Source: Mytilus trossulus
Lineage: Eukaryota
NCBI RefSeq assembly: GCF_036588685.1
Contig: NC_086379.1
Span: forward strand, 4,464,001-4,528,000
Length of the DNA stretch: 64,000 nucleotides
Reading direction: 5' to 3'
Shown piece after piece: positions 1 to 14,100 of this stretch (positions within the stretch are counted from its first letter, which is position 1; the number at the start of each line of letters is the position of its first letter). The translations under genes and the position numbers were made by a program. The notes under the pieces were generated by a model that saw nothing but the letters and a program-made list of their open reading frames with translations, ran no database searches and was not told the origin of the DNA.

Positions 1-602
1 CTACGTAAAGTGTTTTATAGCAAATAAATATATCAAGTTCAGACAAATCTTTCTGTAAAGAACTTTATTAATAAGTGTTATAAGTATCAATTTTATATAA
101 AAATCGTTTCTTTTTTTACGTATAAATGGAAAAATTACAGTTCGGAATGCCTAGTTTTGTGTACACTGAACATACACAAGGCCTACATCGACTATCGACT
201 GCATGTAGGCAAAACATGATTTAAACTACATGTAAACATTGAGTTTTATCAATGGGAACGTAATTATGTTTAGTTTATGTGTGAGTTACACTAACATAAC
301 ACCGAGTTTAGGTCAATGTGAACACGGCCTAAGTTAACTACAACACAACAGAGACACAACACCGAAATGTAACGCACACAGAAACGAACTATAATGTAAC
401 AATGGCCATTGTCCAGTCTTGGTACAGGGCATTTTATGAAGAAATGGTGGGTTGATCCTGGTTTTGTGGCATGTCAAATCTCCCGCTTAAAAGACAGTGT
501 TAATTATAACATTGAAATGACAACAATACACGACAGGGTTACAACAAATAAACAGATAAATTTGAAAAAATAGGACAAAGAAACAAACGAACAATAGCCA
601 TC

Positions 603-900
603 AAAAGGTACCAGGTTAACACATATTTGTATACGCCAGACGCGCGCTACGTCCACACAAAACTATGCTAAGATGTAAAAAGTTTGAAAGCCATAACAAC
701 TACAAAATTGAAGATCGCCGAGGACCAAAAGTTCCAAAAAGTTATTAGGTCAGGGTAAGTCGCCTGTGATAAAAACATCATGATTATCAAGAATAATGCA
801 TAGTTTTGCAAACAGTAAATTTTATAAAATGACTATATAAAAGATATACATAATTAAACTGACTAGCTATAGGAGAAAAACGAATACATTACAAAATCAC
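603..900 (-). mobile_element. Degenerate copy of the hammerhead-bearing Penelope-pLTR/retrozyme-like repeat
   Basis: Reverse complement aligns by eye with 34100-34450, including gcgcgcgtctggcgtata and cctggtacctttt; ribozyme core decayed; ends approximate. Confidence 0.6.
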
Positions 901-3675
901 AGCCCTGTAAACCATAGTCAATGCAACACCCAAAGTGACGTCACATTTAAATTTTTAAAACGTGTTCCGAAAATTATGAAAGAATTTGGATGAAATTCAA
1001 GATTAGATTTGTATGACTTATCTAACTTATATTAATAGCAGTAAAAATTACAATACTAATTAATATTTAATTGCAGTAATAATAATATAATTAATTGTAT
1101 TATCTTTCTTTAGAAAACCTAATCGATCTTTGTTAAAACTCAGAACCATAAGTCAAATTACTACTTTTGAACTTTTCGTCCACGAGAGTTTAACAATCCC
1201 AGTTAGACATCTTGTACTTTAAAAAATATAATTATTACAATAATTTCCTTTAAATACTATCATTAAGCCTTAGATAAATTCGATGTGAAAGCCCTGGAAA
1301 AGATGGCTTGAGATACATGCGTCTGCAACTTAACGTTAAGCCTGGTGTCTTAAACTACGACAAATTCATTAGCTTACCATTAATCTAACTTATATCACAC
1401 GTCGTACTTGTTACATTTAAAATACACAAATGAATAAGATACGTGTATCTAGTACACGATTAGTCTTCGGGCTTCCTTTTTTTGAAAATAACTTTGGCCA
1501 AATATGACATTTTGACTGAGTGTGAACTTGCATGTCGGGGTAATGCTGCATGTCTTGAGAAGGAGAGGTTCACCATACTTAACATGTTCCTCAAATTAAT
1601 GTCTGACCCTATATTGGTATTAACATTATCAATTAACAAGACTTAAAACCTCTCGAACTACTGTCGTCCTAATGTATAGTAATGCTTGCGGTCATTAAAA
1701 CCATGCACACCATAAAATTCATAAAGTAACCAAAACAGGAGCATACAACTGAAATGAAAACATCAAAGCAAAAGATCGCAACACGCGTCTGTTACAATGT
1801 ATTGACAACAATGATATCGAGGCATTGATATCATCTGTATTGACCGCTGACTCAGTAAAACCAGAAAGAAGCAGTTTGAATTTCAAAACTGAATTCTCAG
1901 GAACAAATCAGTTAGAAGATACTTACACCTTTATTATAAATGAGTTCCGTCTTCAGATACAATCCTTTAATCTCATGTGTGAAATGCCTCCTGTATTTTC
2001 ACTCATAACTAGCGACAACAGAGAATTTACATCCATGACAAAAAATGATTATAGAATAAGAACATGTATAAGAACTATATAAACAATAGATAAACAAAAC
2101 ATATGAACAAGCCGGTGGATGGACAGAGGGACACAGATGATGACTTTTATTTCTGTCTCCCTGCACAACATCATTGGAAAAAAAAATTAATAAATATTGA
2201 TACACGGCTCATAAAATAATTACATAAAATAAAACAAATACAGAAACACAGTAATAAAAATGACGTATTCTGTTTTGATTTCATTACTACCCCTCTGAAA
2301 TTACTAAAATGTTTCATATTCCAACATCGAATACAAAAACAAACTTTTGTTTGAAGATTCCACATACATGATATACATAGTATTTAGTTGTAATTTCTAT
2401 ATGACGTTATATATACATTAGGGTTAGAATATCATTAAATACACGTCTACCCTTCTCCAACAGAGGAACGATAGAAATATTTCTGGTAAATTAAAGAAGA
2501 AAGGCGCCAAATATGTGTGTACTGTATCGGTGTGTAAAAACTATATTTAACTATATAAAACCTATGAAGATCTGGCAAAAAAAATCAGGAAAAAGTCTAT
2601 AGACAACTTGAACTACACACTTGACGTCACCATTTCACCAAAATGAGAAGATAATTAAAACCTATATGTAATTGCGTCGGTTTTTTTATATATCTATATT
2701 CATAGAAACAATATGGAAGTTAAACACGAGTTATCTTTCAACCGAATTCAGGATGTTAATTGACTGTTTTTCCCTAGACAAAGCAACGTTGTAGCTTAAA
2801 AGGAAATAGTCTTAAAAAACCTATATCACACTATTCGGAATTCAACTAGGGTTTTTGTTCTAATCTTTAATATTCTGAGGAAGATTTTTCAAATTTTAAT
2901 TTTAATTCTTGGCTTTTTCCAGTCGTGGATCTGACTTCACATGACCATTGTACTATGCGACCATCAAGGTGCTGCATTTCAAAATGGAGGAGTAAAACAC
3001 TCTCCTCATTCTGACGATTTGTTGGAAGGGGACACGAACTCTACAAAAACTTTATATTAGCTTCTATCGCCCAATTCTAAATCCTTTTTGTAAAAAAAAA
3101 AAGGACGACAGCAATTTTTTTTCTGCTTTAAATATTCAGGATAAAAAAAGTTTTGATTCAACTTTTAAAAATTATTTATCATCTATTCTTTAAATTGTCA
3201 GTATTATATTTAATTAAGACATTTTCATATTTATTACCGATTCAAAGGCTTAAAATACTTTAGAATTCTATAGACATACATCCAAATAATTCCAAAATTT
3301 TCCAGGATTGGATTTTAATAGATTTATAAGTGTCAACATGCTTTTGGGGACCGCATTATTTAATCTTTTTCAAACTTGGGAATTTGTCCCACTTCGCACA
3401 AAATAGTAACAATGAAATCGACTGTTTGCATACAACTCAAGATAACAGCATTTATACCTTATTCTAATTTCAATGTTATAAAGATTTTAATTCATCCTAA
3501 AGGAATACATATTGTGTAAAATTGATTTAGAAAATCGTGAAAATGATAGTCATAAAGATATCAGAAATTTGATATTATGTTTTGTAATATTTGAATATGA
3601 AGCCTAACTTATTAGTCGATTTTTAAATATATTACTTTCGATGTCATCAAAATTTTTATGGTTAATATTATAATG

Positions 3676-4095
3676 CTATAGATATAGGAAGATGTGGTGT
3701 GAGTGCCAATGAGACAACTCTCCATCCAAATAACAATTTAAAAAGTAAACCATTATAGGTTAAAGTACGGCCTTCAACACGGAGCCTTGGCTCACACCGA
3801 ACAACAAGCTATAAAGGGCCCCAAAATTACTAGTGTAAAACCATTCAAACGGGAAAACCAACGGTCTAATCTATATAAACAAAACGAGAAACGAGAAACA
3901 CGTATATATTACATAAACAAACGACAACTACTGTACATCAGATTCCTGACTTAGGACAGATGCAAACATTTGCAGCGGGAGTAAACGTTTTAATGGATCC
4001 AAACCTTCTCCCTTTTTCTGAAACAATAGCATAACATCACAACATAGAAAAACATACGATAAAATATCAATTGGCAGACTTAACTCAATCAACAA
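3676..4095 (+). repeat. Young interspersed repeat (SINE-like or retroelement end)
   Basis: Near-identical inverted copy at 27377-27648 and a ~50 bp piece at 60170-60220; class not assigned. Confidence 0.8.
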
Positions 4096-4400
4096 ACTTA
4101 TGAGATGAGATGTCATGAGATGTCACTTTTTATGTCATATGTATATTCAAGACACCAAAAGAGTTCCAAATACCAAACATGCAAAATTATATAATATATT
4201 TACATCACACATATATTTTATTTAAAATTTAAGAAGAAATAGTTAAATGGTATAAATAAATAGGAAAAATACAACGTGTGTTTTATATAATTAGATTCGG
4301 TGAAGTTAAATAGCATAACACCATTCATTGTTCACTTTCTGCCAGCCAAAAAACCCACTAACCCCATAACAATTAACCATATGAGTTATGTTGGTTTTTA

Positions 4401-4468
4401 CGTCTTGTGTGTACGAAACGCGCGTCTGGCGTATTAAATTATAATCCTGGTACCTTTGATAACTATTT
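4401..4468 (+). mobile_element. 5'-truncated hammerhead-repeat fragment
   Basis: acgaaacgcgcgtctggcgta...cctggtacctttgataactatt, matches 34399-34453. Confidence 0.7.
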
Positions 4469-5089
4469 ACGACAGACCCCATACACTGGTATTCAAGAGA
4501 TAATGGTAACTGCAATTACGATTATCCCAATATGGCGACGGTAGATATAGGTAAAATCTTTACACTCGTTTTTCTTAAATGTAGCATGTATTTGTCAATA
4601 GTTACTCAGCTGCAAGGTTGATCTATACCATTTCATCATATTTGAATCGTAACGGTGCACTGGAATTGTCTAAGCGCTGTGAAAATAGTCGTTGAAAAAT
4701 TCGGGATGATAATCGTAACTCGGAAAAAAGATGATCGTAATTATGGTATTTAAAAATAAAAAAGATAATCGTAACTGGAAACTGTTTTATTGATTTTGAC
4801 ACTAAAAACGTAAATCTGATAGCATATTATGAAAGTATGGCGATGAATTATTAACGAAACGTACCAACATCTTATGACATTTCTTGTTATGCATATATAA
4901 TTAATAGTTCTTATGAAAACAGCTACATACTAGTATATCATAAAATTGGAAGGGTGAACAAACTTCAAGAAATTTGGAAATGGGAAAACACGAACTTTGT
5001 TAATTTATAGAAATTTCCAAACACTAGGTATGCCACAAAATATGTAAATGAGCGATGGAAATTATGATACATGACAATAATTACATTAG

Positions 5090-5435
5090 ATGTAAGTTTC
5101 ATTATAATACGTTATTCTGATTGGCTAACATGTTATTCCGTGGACAATTGCATCAGACAATAACATTTATCATGCATGATGACACGAGGTCCCACAAAAA
5201 AGTGCACAGGTGAATTAAATAAAACTGGATAAAAATCGTGTTTTCATGATTTAAGCTAAAAAATGTAATTATAAGTATTGAATACTTCTTTTTGAAACTT
5301 TATAGGGTTGTAAAAGCGTTGACCGTGCGTACATTTTTAGAATGAAGCGCTTCCGCGCTTCATACAAAATGTACTTCGGTCAACGCTTTTACCACCCAAT
5401 AAATTTACAAAAAGAAGCATTCAATTCTTAAATAA
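5090..5435. mobile_element. Hairpin-ended non-autonomous element (Crypton-like)
   Basis: TTCTGATTGG motif plus ~160 bp imperfect palindrome 5270-5430 centred on gaagcgc-ttcc-gcgcttc; superfamily is inference. Confidence 0.5.
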
Positions 5436-5964
5436 TTGTCAGGCGACACGCATGTGTCACCTTATATCAGATTTCTGATTAAGACAGTAAACACAAATTA
5501 ATTTATCCTGAAGTAAAAAGTAAATATAGTTAATATTGTTTGAATTCATTTATTGCAGGTGGTTATATGTGCTATTTCTGCCCCCGGGAAGCCACTGCTG
5601 ATTTAATTATAGAACATACCCAGTAAGGCTAATAAAAACAAAAAAAACAAAAGTAACAATAAACAAAAGTAACAATAAACAAAAGTAAAAAAACCAAAAC
5701 AAAAGTGACAATAAACAATAGTAACAATAAACTGGTAACTATTCTAGATCCTTTACCATAGCACTGTTTAAAGAAACGTCCTAAACTACATGGGTATAAT
5801 TTGATCAAAACATTTGAACTTAATTTTTAAAATCATATATTACATCAGTATAAATAGAAAAAAGTGAATCCAAGGGAAAAATATGGACGGCTGAATTTAT
5901 TGAATTATAAGGAAAAGGGAGATATGGGGGATCAGATATGAACACTAAATCCGATAATGCAGTT

Positions 5965-6245
5965 TTATAGATTATCGTTGATTATCTCAACGAGATTGAT
6001 TTTCTCGCTTGAGCTGGTACAGCGAAAGTGAGAAAAGCAATCGAGTTGAGATGACCAATGAGAATCTGTTTATCGCTATTTTATTTATGACGACGTTGTC
6101 AATTTCAATGTTTATTTCGTTAGCAACGCCACGTGGCCTCCTTAGTTTCTAGCGATAATTTTTCCATCTCAAGCGAGAAGCATGATATGAAAATTATCAC
6201 AAAAAAGATCAAAAGAAAAATGCACAAAATAGCGATAAATAAAGT
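5965..6245. mobile_element. Hairpin-ended non-autonomous element, same family as 14394-15232
   Basis: Palindrome 5968-6068 followed by tttatcgcta; shared end gatatgaaaattatcacaaaaa...aatagcgataa. Confidence 0.55.
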
Positions 6246-6575
6246 TATTGACGGAAACTTGTTCATTTCGCACAGAATTTTAGTATAAACGTGATATAAG
6301 AGGAAAACAACATATGACATATGTAAATGTGGTATACGTGACTTTCATTTTGAGCAATGAATTGAAAGGATTGCTTTTTTGGAATATGGGATATAGCTTA
6401 TCTATCCTTTTTCTCATCAAATAGAGATATAAAGGTAAATTTATCCTAGATATTAACCTGTAAGTTTCTTCATTTATTTTTTTATACGTTAATGTCATCG
6501 TTAAACTGGGCATTTACATTTTTAACACACACAATACCATTGAAATGCTGAAAGACACATTTATTATGTTTCAGT

Positions 6576-7240
6576 TACTATTATCTTGACTTACATCTAG
6601 AAATTGACAATGAGGGTCGGTTGAAGACAAAACTTTACGACAAAAGAGATGATTTCAGCTTTCCAATTGTGAACTTTCCATTTCTAAGTAGCAACATTCC
6701 AGCAGCACCTGCATACGGGGTATATATCTCCCAATTGATACGATATTCCCGTGCTTGCATTTCCTATCATGATTTTCTTGATAGAGGGTTACTGCTCACA
6801 AGGAAGCTATTAAACCAAGAGTTCCAAATGGTGAAGTTGAAATCATCCCTTCGTAAATTTTACGGACGCCATCACGAGTTGGTTGACCGTTATGGAATAA
6901 CCGTTTCACAAATGATATCGGATATGTTCCTTACGTCGTAACTACAATCCCCTTCCCTTTCATGAATTTGACCTACCGAATTAGACTATTTACCGGATTT
7001 GTTATCACATAAGCAACACGACGGGTGCCGCATGTGGAGCAGGATCTGCTTACCCTTCCGGAGCACCTGAGATCACCCCTAGTTTTTGGTGGGGTTCGTG
7101 TTGTTTATTCTTTAGTTTTCTATGTTGTGTCATGTGTACTATTGTTTTTCTGTTTGTCTTTTTCATTTTTAGCCATGGCGTTGTCAGTTTGTTTTAGATT
7201 TACGAGTTTGACTGTCCCTTTGGTGTCTTTCGTCCCTCTT
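6576..7240 (+). mobile_element. 3' fragment of Penelope-like retroelement (RT C-terminus/thumb plus 3' region; Naiad-type inferred)
   Basis: YLDLHLEIDNEGRLKTKLYDKRDDFSFPIVNFPFLSSNIPAAPAYGVYISQLIRYSRAC; ORF stops at 6941 with no C-terminal endonuclease; 3' part repeated at 52506-52683. Confidence 0.75.
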
Positions 7241-7957
7241 TTATCCGATTAAGAAAATTACGATTATCAAAGAAGAAAAATACCATAGAGTTACGATTAT
7301 CATCTCGAATTTTTCAACGGCTATTTTCACAGCGCTTAGACAATTCCAGTGCACCGTTACGATTCAAATATAATGAAATGGTATAGATCAACCTTGCAGC
7401 TGAGTAACTATTGACAAAAGCATGCTACATGTAAGAAAAATGAGTGTAAAGATTTTACCTATATCTACCGTCGCCATATTGGGATAATCGTAATTGCAGT
7501 TACCATTATCTCTTTAATACCAGTGCCATAGTTCCTTGCGCCATTAGATACGAGGGCAAATCTACTAATATATTTTTATCATTATTGTAGACCATACGGT
7601 GATCGATGCATTAAAATTGTCTCATTGTACCTTGATTATAAAAACTTTTGTGACTTGAATACTAATGTTCTGTTAAATGCACTTCTAAAACGTTATTAAG
7701 ATTAGACGTCATTTTAAATATTAAAAAGAGATATACAAAAAAAAATTAACTTTTAATTTTGTTATTTGTAAAGAATGTAATGCGTTTCGCGTAAATTAGA
7801 TAAAGAATGTATCCGGTCCTAATGGAGAAAACGTTGTTACCCATGTGATGAACGTATAAAGCCAATACACGACAAATATCGCTTCAATGAATACAAATTT
7901 ATTGACATACGTTATACTTAAAATAATAAGAATTCAAAATGTAACCTTTTAGAAAAG

Positions 7958-7967
7958 TATATATAAA
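7958..7967 (+). promoter_or_regulatory. Candidate TATA box of gene 1
   Basis: TATATATAAA ~85-95 nt upstream of ATG 8052; weak in AT-rich background. Confidence 0.4.
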
Positions 7968-8051
7968 CATATCTTCGTATATGAGCTATTGATGTAATAA
8001 AGAAAATAAACCAACATAAAGTGTCAAAGAAACAACATCATCAAGTCGCTT

Positions 8052-8112
8052 ATGTCGCATCTAATGTTTGCAGTGTATTTGGTATTAATTTGTTTCCCAA
8101 CATATACCAGTG
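8052..8112 (+). CDS. Gene 1 exon 1, signal peptide MSHLMFAVYLVLICFPTYTS
   Basis: Hydrophobic leader; donor G|gtaaga, phase 1. Confidence 0.8.
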
Positions 8113-11100
8113 GTAAGATCCGTATTTTTATATGCATACTTAATTGTCTTATCTATTTATGGAAATTAGTTTATTATCAAATTTTGACATTTAGTTTCCA
8201 TATCAAACTCATCGTGTCCTGTTTCAATTGTAATATAGACCCTAAGTTAAAATGGCGGATCCAGAAGTGGGAGCCAACTGGCTGCCTTAGAGGGTGGCCC
8301 GCTCCTTTCATGCTTCAGTGATTATCAATATAATCAACAAAATTTGTTCCAGAAAAGGGGGAGTGCTCTCATATTATCTGAGGTTCTTTTTAAAAGACTC
8401 AAGTTTTTGAGGAAAACCTACTCTTTGACAAAAAATGTTACAAGTATTAATCTAATTTCTATCAAATGCCCTCAGTAAATCATGATTGTTCCAAAGGACT
8501 TCATACTGGAACAACAATGACCGACGGGACTGTTAGTTCATCAAGAGTGGTATCTATGCTTATTGAAGCCTTTTGACTATAACAAATGACTAAGTCAAAC
8601 CATCAGGATTTTATTATGTACACTTATCATTATCAACATCAATCTCACATTTTCACCAATATTCCCATATCGACACGAGGAGTCATTCGAGGATTTGATG
8701 GATCTTATTCATTAGAAAATTGATATGCAATTACTCTTTATCGTTTATTTCAGGTGAAAAACAAGAAATTCCCACTAAAATGTCCGTTTAATTTCAACTA
8801 ACATTCTATTTAAATACAGAGAAAAGACGTGTCACAGTACTTGTCTATCCCAAATTCATGTATTTGGTTTTGATGTAATATTTGTTATTCTCGTGGTATT
8901 TTGTCTGATGCTCGATCCGTTTCTGTGTGTGTTACATTTTAGTGATATGTCGTTGCTCTCCTCTTATATTTAATGCGTTTCCCTCGGTTTTAGTTTGTTA
9001 CCCCGATTTTGTTTTTTGTCAATGGATTTATGAGTTTTGAACAGCTATATACTACTGTTGCCTTTATTTAGCCGCATATTATGTTGTTATATATGTCATG
9101 GTTGCTTCCGGGAATTTAGTTTAAGTATATGCAATGATGCATTTACGCTAAAAAGCAATCTAGAAGTAGTTTCTTTTTTAAATAATCAGCTGTGGCATGT
9201 GGTGTAAAGACAGTTGGTGGCAGGAATTTAGGAGGAGGGACATACACGAACTGGGATAACACCACAACTGGTAAGTGAGATTCATTATTATATAGTTGTT
9301 TTGTGATGTTCTGCTTCATTTTCTGATTGTATATGAACTGTTCGTAATTCTAATTTTAAATATATCATATTGTCCATCTTGGTATGTAAAACTGTGGACA
9401 ATAAAACTAATTCTTTACAAACAATCAACAGAATTGGTTAAGAAGTTATTCCATTTATGTTAAACACAAACATTAAAATTCCCTACCATTTCTTCCGGGT
9501 TTATAAAGAAGACGACGATTAAAAAACACTTAGCACATACTTACAACTTCTCGTCCAATCAAATTGCTTGAATTTGCCTTCTAACTTTCACTAGTTCATA
9601 CTTTTTCTGTTTACTAAGTAAATACGCATGAATGACCACAAGGGTAAGATTTCATTGTATTGTAATCAAGATATTGAAATAAACATTGCCAATGGCTATT
9701 TTGAAAAAATGATGTGTTCTAAATTAATCATCTTCGTTTTTATACATGTTATAAGTAGTTTGTAACTAGTTTTTGAATTAATTTTTAAACACACCACTAT
9801 TTAATCTTTGCATCTAAAAATGTTTTTGACAATAAAAGATTATTTCAATTAAATAAAAACTAACACATATAGCTATTTTTAACTTGATAAGGGTGCAATG
9901 CCATCTAAAATTGTAATCATAATAACTATTATAGTACTTTGTACCCCAAAATAGAGTGAACCATGAAACCTTCACTACAGCAATTTGATCTATTTTGTTA
10001 TGAATTGATTGATTATTGATTGCTTAATGTCAAGTGATAGATATTTCATGCATGTAAACTATCCAATAGACTACCTATGGGTACATACATACAATGTACC
10101 AGGGGCAGGTACATCTAGTTTTAAAAACAAGCCCCTCGCTCTAATTTTCATAGTACATTGTATATACCTTTCTATACAATAACCGACACAAAGTAATCAA
10201 ATTATTTCCAGCACCGGAGTGATGAGGCAAAAATACAAACTTGACCTCTAGATTTTTCTGTATAAATACACTTACATCCCAGCTCATTTGTTCTAACAGG
10301 GGTGATCTGAGCCGGATCATCCCTACCAGATCACCCCAGTTGGAGTTTCTTTGTTATGTATGCTTTCCTTTGTTCTGTAACATTTTGATGTCAAATCCAC
10401 TATAAAAAACATATAATTAATTATACGGAAAAGACTATCTATCAAAATTCACGCAGAAAAAAATCCAGTGTATATGCTGGGATTTGAACGCAAGACCTTC
10501 AGCATATCTATCAAGCTGTCTATCGACATGTACCACTACACCAGGACGACTGCATACAAATTAATACCAATTTGACAAACTTAAAGGAAGCAAGATCATT
10601 TTATAAGTGGGACGAATTGTCAGATCTTTATTCAGTGGGGTTTAAAACTTTTTCGTTAATTAGTGAGTTTTTAGACTGATTGTTCAATTTGATCTTACAC
10701 TTTTTCAAAAGTGGGGCGAGTCGGTAAACAAGAGTGGGGCGATTTTTTATAAAGTGGCGATATAGTGTGGGCCGATTGGCAAGTGGGGCGAGTTGACATT
10801 GTTTGATATCTACTCATCGTGTTTGGGGGTCATAAAGGGTATACATCATATAGTAGTATATATACAGTATATTGTATCTGTATCTGTAGTGGAACGTGTA
10901 GAATCCTGTTTAGGCTTTTATACACGGTGGAGAAGAGCGCCGTTGGTATGGGCGGTGTTCTTGTAGAGCGGTCTTAAATGCCTCTACAGAACCTGCATGC
11001 ACAACTTTATCTGGTAGTTGGTTCCAGTGAATAGTTGTTTCCACAAAAAATGAATGTTTGTACTGTGGTTTGTAGCTATTTGGTACTTTAAGTCCTCTGG

Positions 11101-14100
11101 TGTTATTGATAACTTGACGTTCGATGATATTGTCAGTTTCACAGTTTGAATAAGTTTTGGCTTTTATTGTACGTTTTGGTCTTGCTGGTATGACAAAATT
11201 TTCGGCTGGTAGAGCCGGCACCAAACCCTCAACCACCTTGTAAATCCGGATAAGACGAAGGCTGTGTCTTCTTTCCTCTAGCGTCTCCATTTCAAGCTGG
11301 CGTCTCATATTAGTTATGGACCCTGTTTCTCGACTCCTGTAGTTTTTCTTGATGAATCGTAATCCTCTGCTTTGGATACGTTCTAGTTTGTCAATATCCC
11401 CTTTCATATATGGGTTCCAGATCGTTGCGCCATATTCCATTGTTGATCTTACAAGGGATATTTATGCTACTTTCCTACATGCTTCTGGTACGTTCCTCAA
11501 GTTCCTCCAAAGAAAGCCCAAGGTGGCGTTGGCTTTCTTCCTGATATTATTTATGTGGAAGCTCCGTTTTAGATCGTTTGAGATTTGGAGTCCTAAGTAG
11601 GGGTTCACTTGTACTTCTTGTAGGATGTGTTTATTAAGCGTGTAGAATTTGTCTGCTTTTATGTTTATGGATAGAACATAGCACTTTTTGGCGTTGAAAC
11701 GCATTCCCAATTTGTCGGTCCAGATTTCTAGTTGTTCAAAATCTGTGTGTAACATTTGTTGGTCTTGGCTATTTTTAATTGTTCTGTATAGTAGGCAGTC
11801 GTCAGCAAATAGTCTTACTGATGATGTTACACTGTCTGGTAGGTCATTGATGTGGCACAGGAATAGGATTGGTCCTAAGACTGTGCCCTGGGGGACCCCA
11901 GAGTTGACTGTTGTTTCGCCAGATAATTCGCCTTCCACGATGGTTCTCATTGATCTTGCAACTAGGAAGTTCTTAAGCCATTTGTGTGTATTTCCTTTAA
12001 TTTCATACTGATCTAATTTATGTAATAATTTGTTGTGTGGTACTGTGTCGAAAGCTTTTGAAAAATCTAATATGCCTACGTCGATTTGATGTCCCTTGTC
12101 GTGTTCTTGTAAGAAGTCGTTGATGGTAGTTATGAGTTGGGTTTCACATGAGTATCCTGACCTGAAGCCGTGGTTTAAGTTGTAATGGTTATGTTGCGTT
12201 CTAAACTAGATTTTATGAATTGTAAATGGTTTTTCGTCTAATCTAAAACAGCTGGGATGTAAAATAGTTATCCCACTCGGACTTAGTGTGTCAGTGTAGG
12301 ATTACTATTAAAGCCACCTCCTGTCGGAATGGGGTGTTAAATCCCTTGTAGACAGACTGTCACGATCTCTACACGTTAATTCTGAAACTCTTGCAGTAAC
12401 TCTATAAGAGCTCTAAAGGTGACTTGGTGCAAAGCAAAATCTCTGTCCCTTTCTAACTTTCTCTCGTTTTCAGTGGCAGTCCAAATTTCCGGCGGCTTCT
12501 GTGTTTTTAGAACCTTTCTATGATAAGTTAAAACTGTTTGTTTTCGTCCTGATTATGCATGAACTACTAATGGGGTGTTTTGTTCTCTTAAATGGTAAGA
12601 TTAGGGCCTTGATTTTGATTATTTGTTTTAAAAACGTCAATGCGTAGTTTTACACCTTATACTGATTTGTCCTCCCATGCATCAACAACTACGAATTCTT
12701 ACTTTTTAGAAATATAACTTCATCTGGGTTTGCAATACAGTGAGGCACAATTTCAGTGTCATCTATTCTCCAACTTGTGCGCCGGAAATTAATATATATT
12801 TAGAATTTTATGTAGATACTAGTATACAAAATATTCGTCATTTTCAATTGATAACATTTGGTGAAAGTTAACTTAAAGCGAAGGAGAGAGGATAACATCC
12901 GATTTTTTTAAATATGAACAGCCAACCACAATGACAAAAAAGAAGAAGAAGAAAACCTAAAGAAATTAGATGTATCAAAGCGACACGAATGGCCCGTCCC
13001 AAAAAAATTTGAAAAATCTAACTTTTTTAAATTCGTATTCACAAAAGCGTATTTCTAATGCGAATAAAGATAATTCGAATTCGCCAATTCGAATCAATTC
13101 GAATTAAAAAAGAAGAGTGTGTAAACGCGATTTGCGAATTCGATTCGCATTCGTTTGGAATTCAATTCGAATTATATTCTCATTCGTCACATAAAACGTA
13201 TATATTTTTTTTGTATTTATAAAATAAAAACAAACACTTTTTTCATAGAAATAACTCGCCAGCATGTACAGCTCACTGTTATATTTTATTAAATCAAAAT
13301 ATTGAGTTCCGATGTCTTGATATCGGCAACACCGCTGCGTAGTACACGACAGCCTACAAAATAGAAAAACAAAATCAGAAATCATATATACATATATACA
13401 TGTATCTTAATAATCATGGAATAAACAATGTCCTACTGATAATACAAATATCTATCTATCTATGCTTGAAAACAGGGGGAGGGGGTCTTTACCTAAACGA
13501 AGCTGCCTTACTAAACGGTATACGAGCTTCGAATGACAATATATCTTGAATTACTCAAACAAGACAACTATTCGCGCTTTAAAAATCCCGTGCTATTTAC
13601 ATAACAAATATTATACTCAATATATTTACGCAATGCGATAAATATTGATCAATCCGAAATATCATATAACACAAACCTGTTTATCTAATATAAACACGAC
13701 ATAATAGAAAACACGTGTATACTCAACTTTAATAATAATCTAATGTCTGTGTGAATTACGAGGCTTTAAACGTGATCTGTAATTCATCATGGTTAACTAA
13801 CATACCAAAAATTAGCCCAATATCTGAAGGCATTTAGAAAAAAAACTCCGTATAATGGTTTATTGCTGAATGACGGAATGACGGAATTACGGAATTTCGG
13901 AATTTCGGAATTACGCAATCACGGAATTTCGAACGAGGGTAAAACTATATGGCACCGACAACTTTGCAAAAATTTTACAGAAAATTCGAAAAATTGAACA
14001 CCACCAACTTTTAATAGGACAATAGCACACTGTTTGTCGTGATACCCTTTAACCCTTTGGAATATATTTTTTTTAGTAACGGAAAGTCCGGTATGTATAA

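Larger units (their letters stand above)
4484..7525. mobile_element. Non-autonomous TIR DNA transposon with CACTGG termini and 5-bp TSD (Transib/RAG-like or CMC superfamily), carrying nested insertions
   Basis: ~240 bp TIRs 4484-4722 and 7288-7525 (CACTGGTATT...AATACCAGTG); ccata on both flanks (4479-4483, 7526-7530); repeated subterminal GATAATCGTAA motif. Confidence 0.85.

Noticed and set aside
2445-2545. Possible minus-strand exon
   Set aside because: Weak donor, no recognisable peptide, no partner exons found.
6955-7005. SECIS element after the Penelope-like ORF
   Set aside because: ATGA…AA…GA is present but the intervening arms do not pair.
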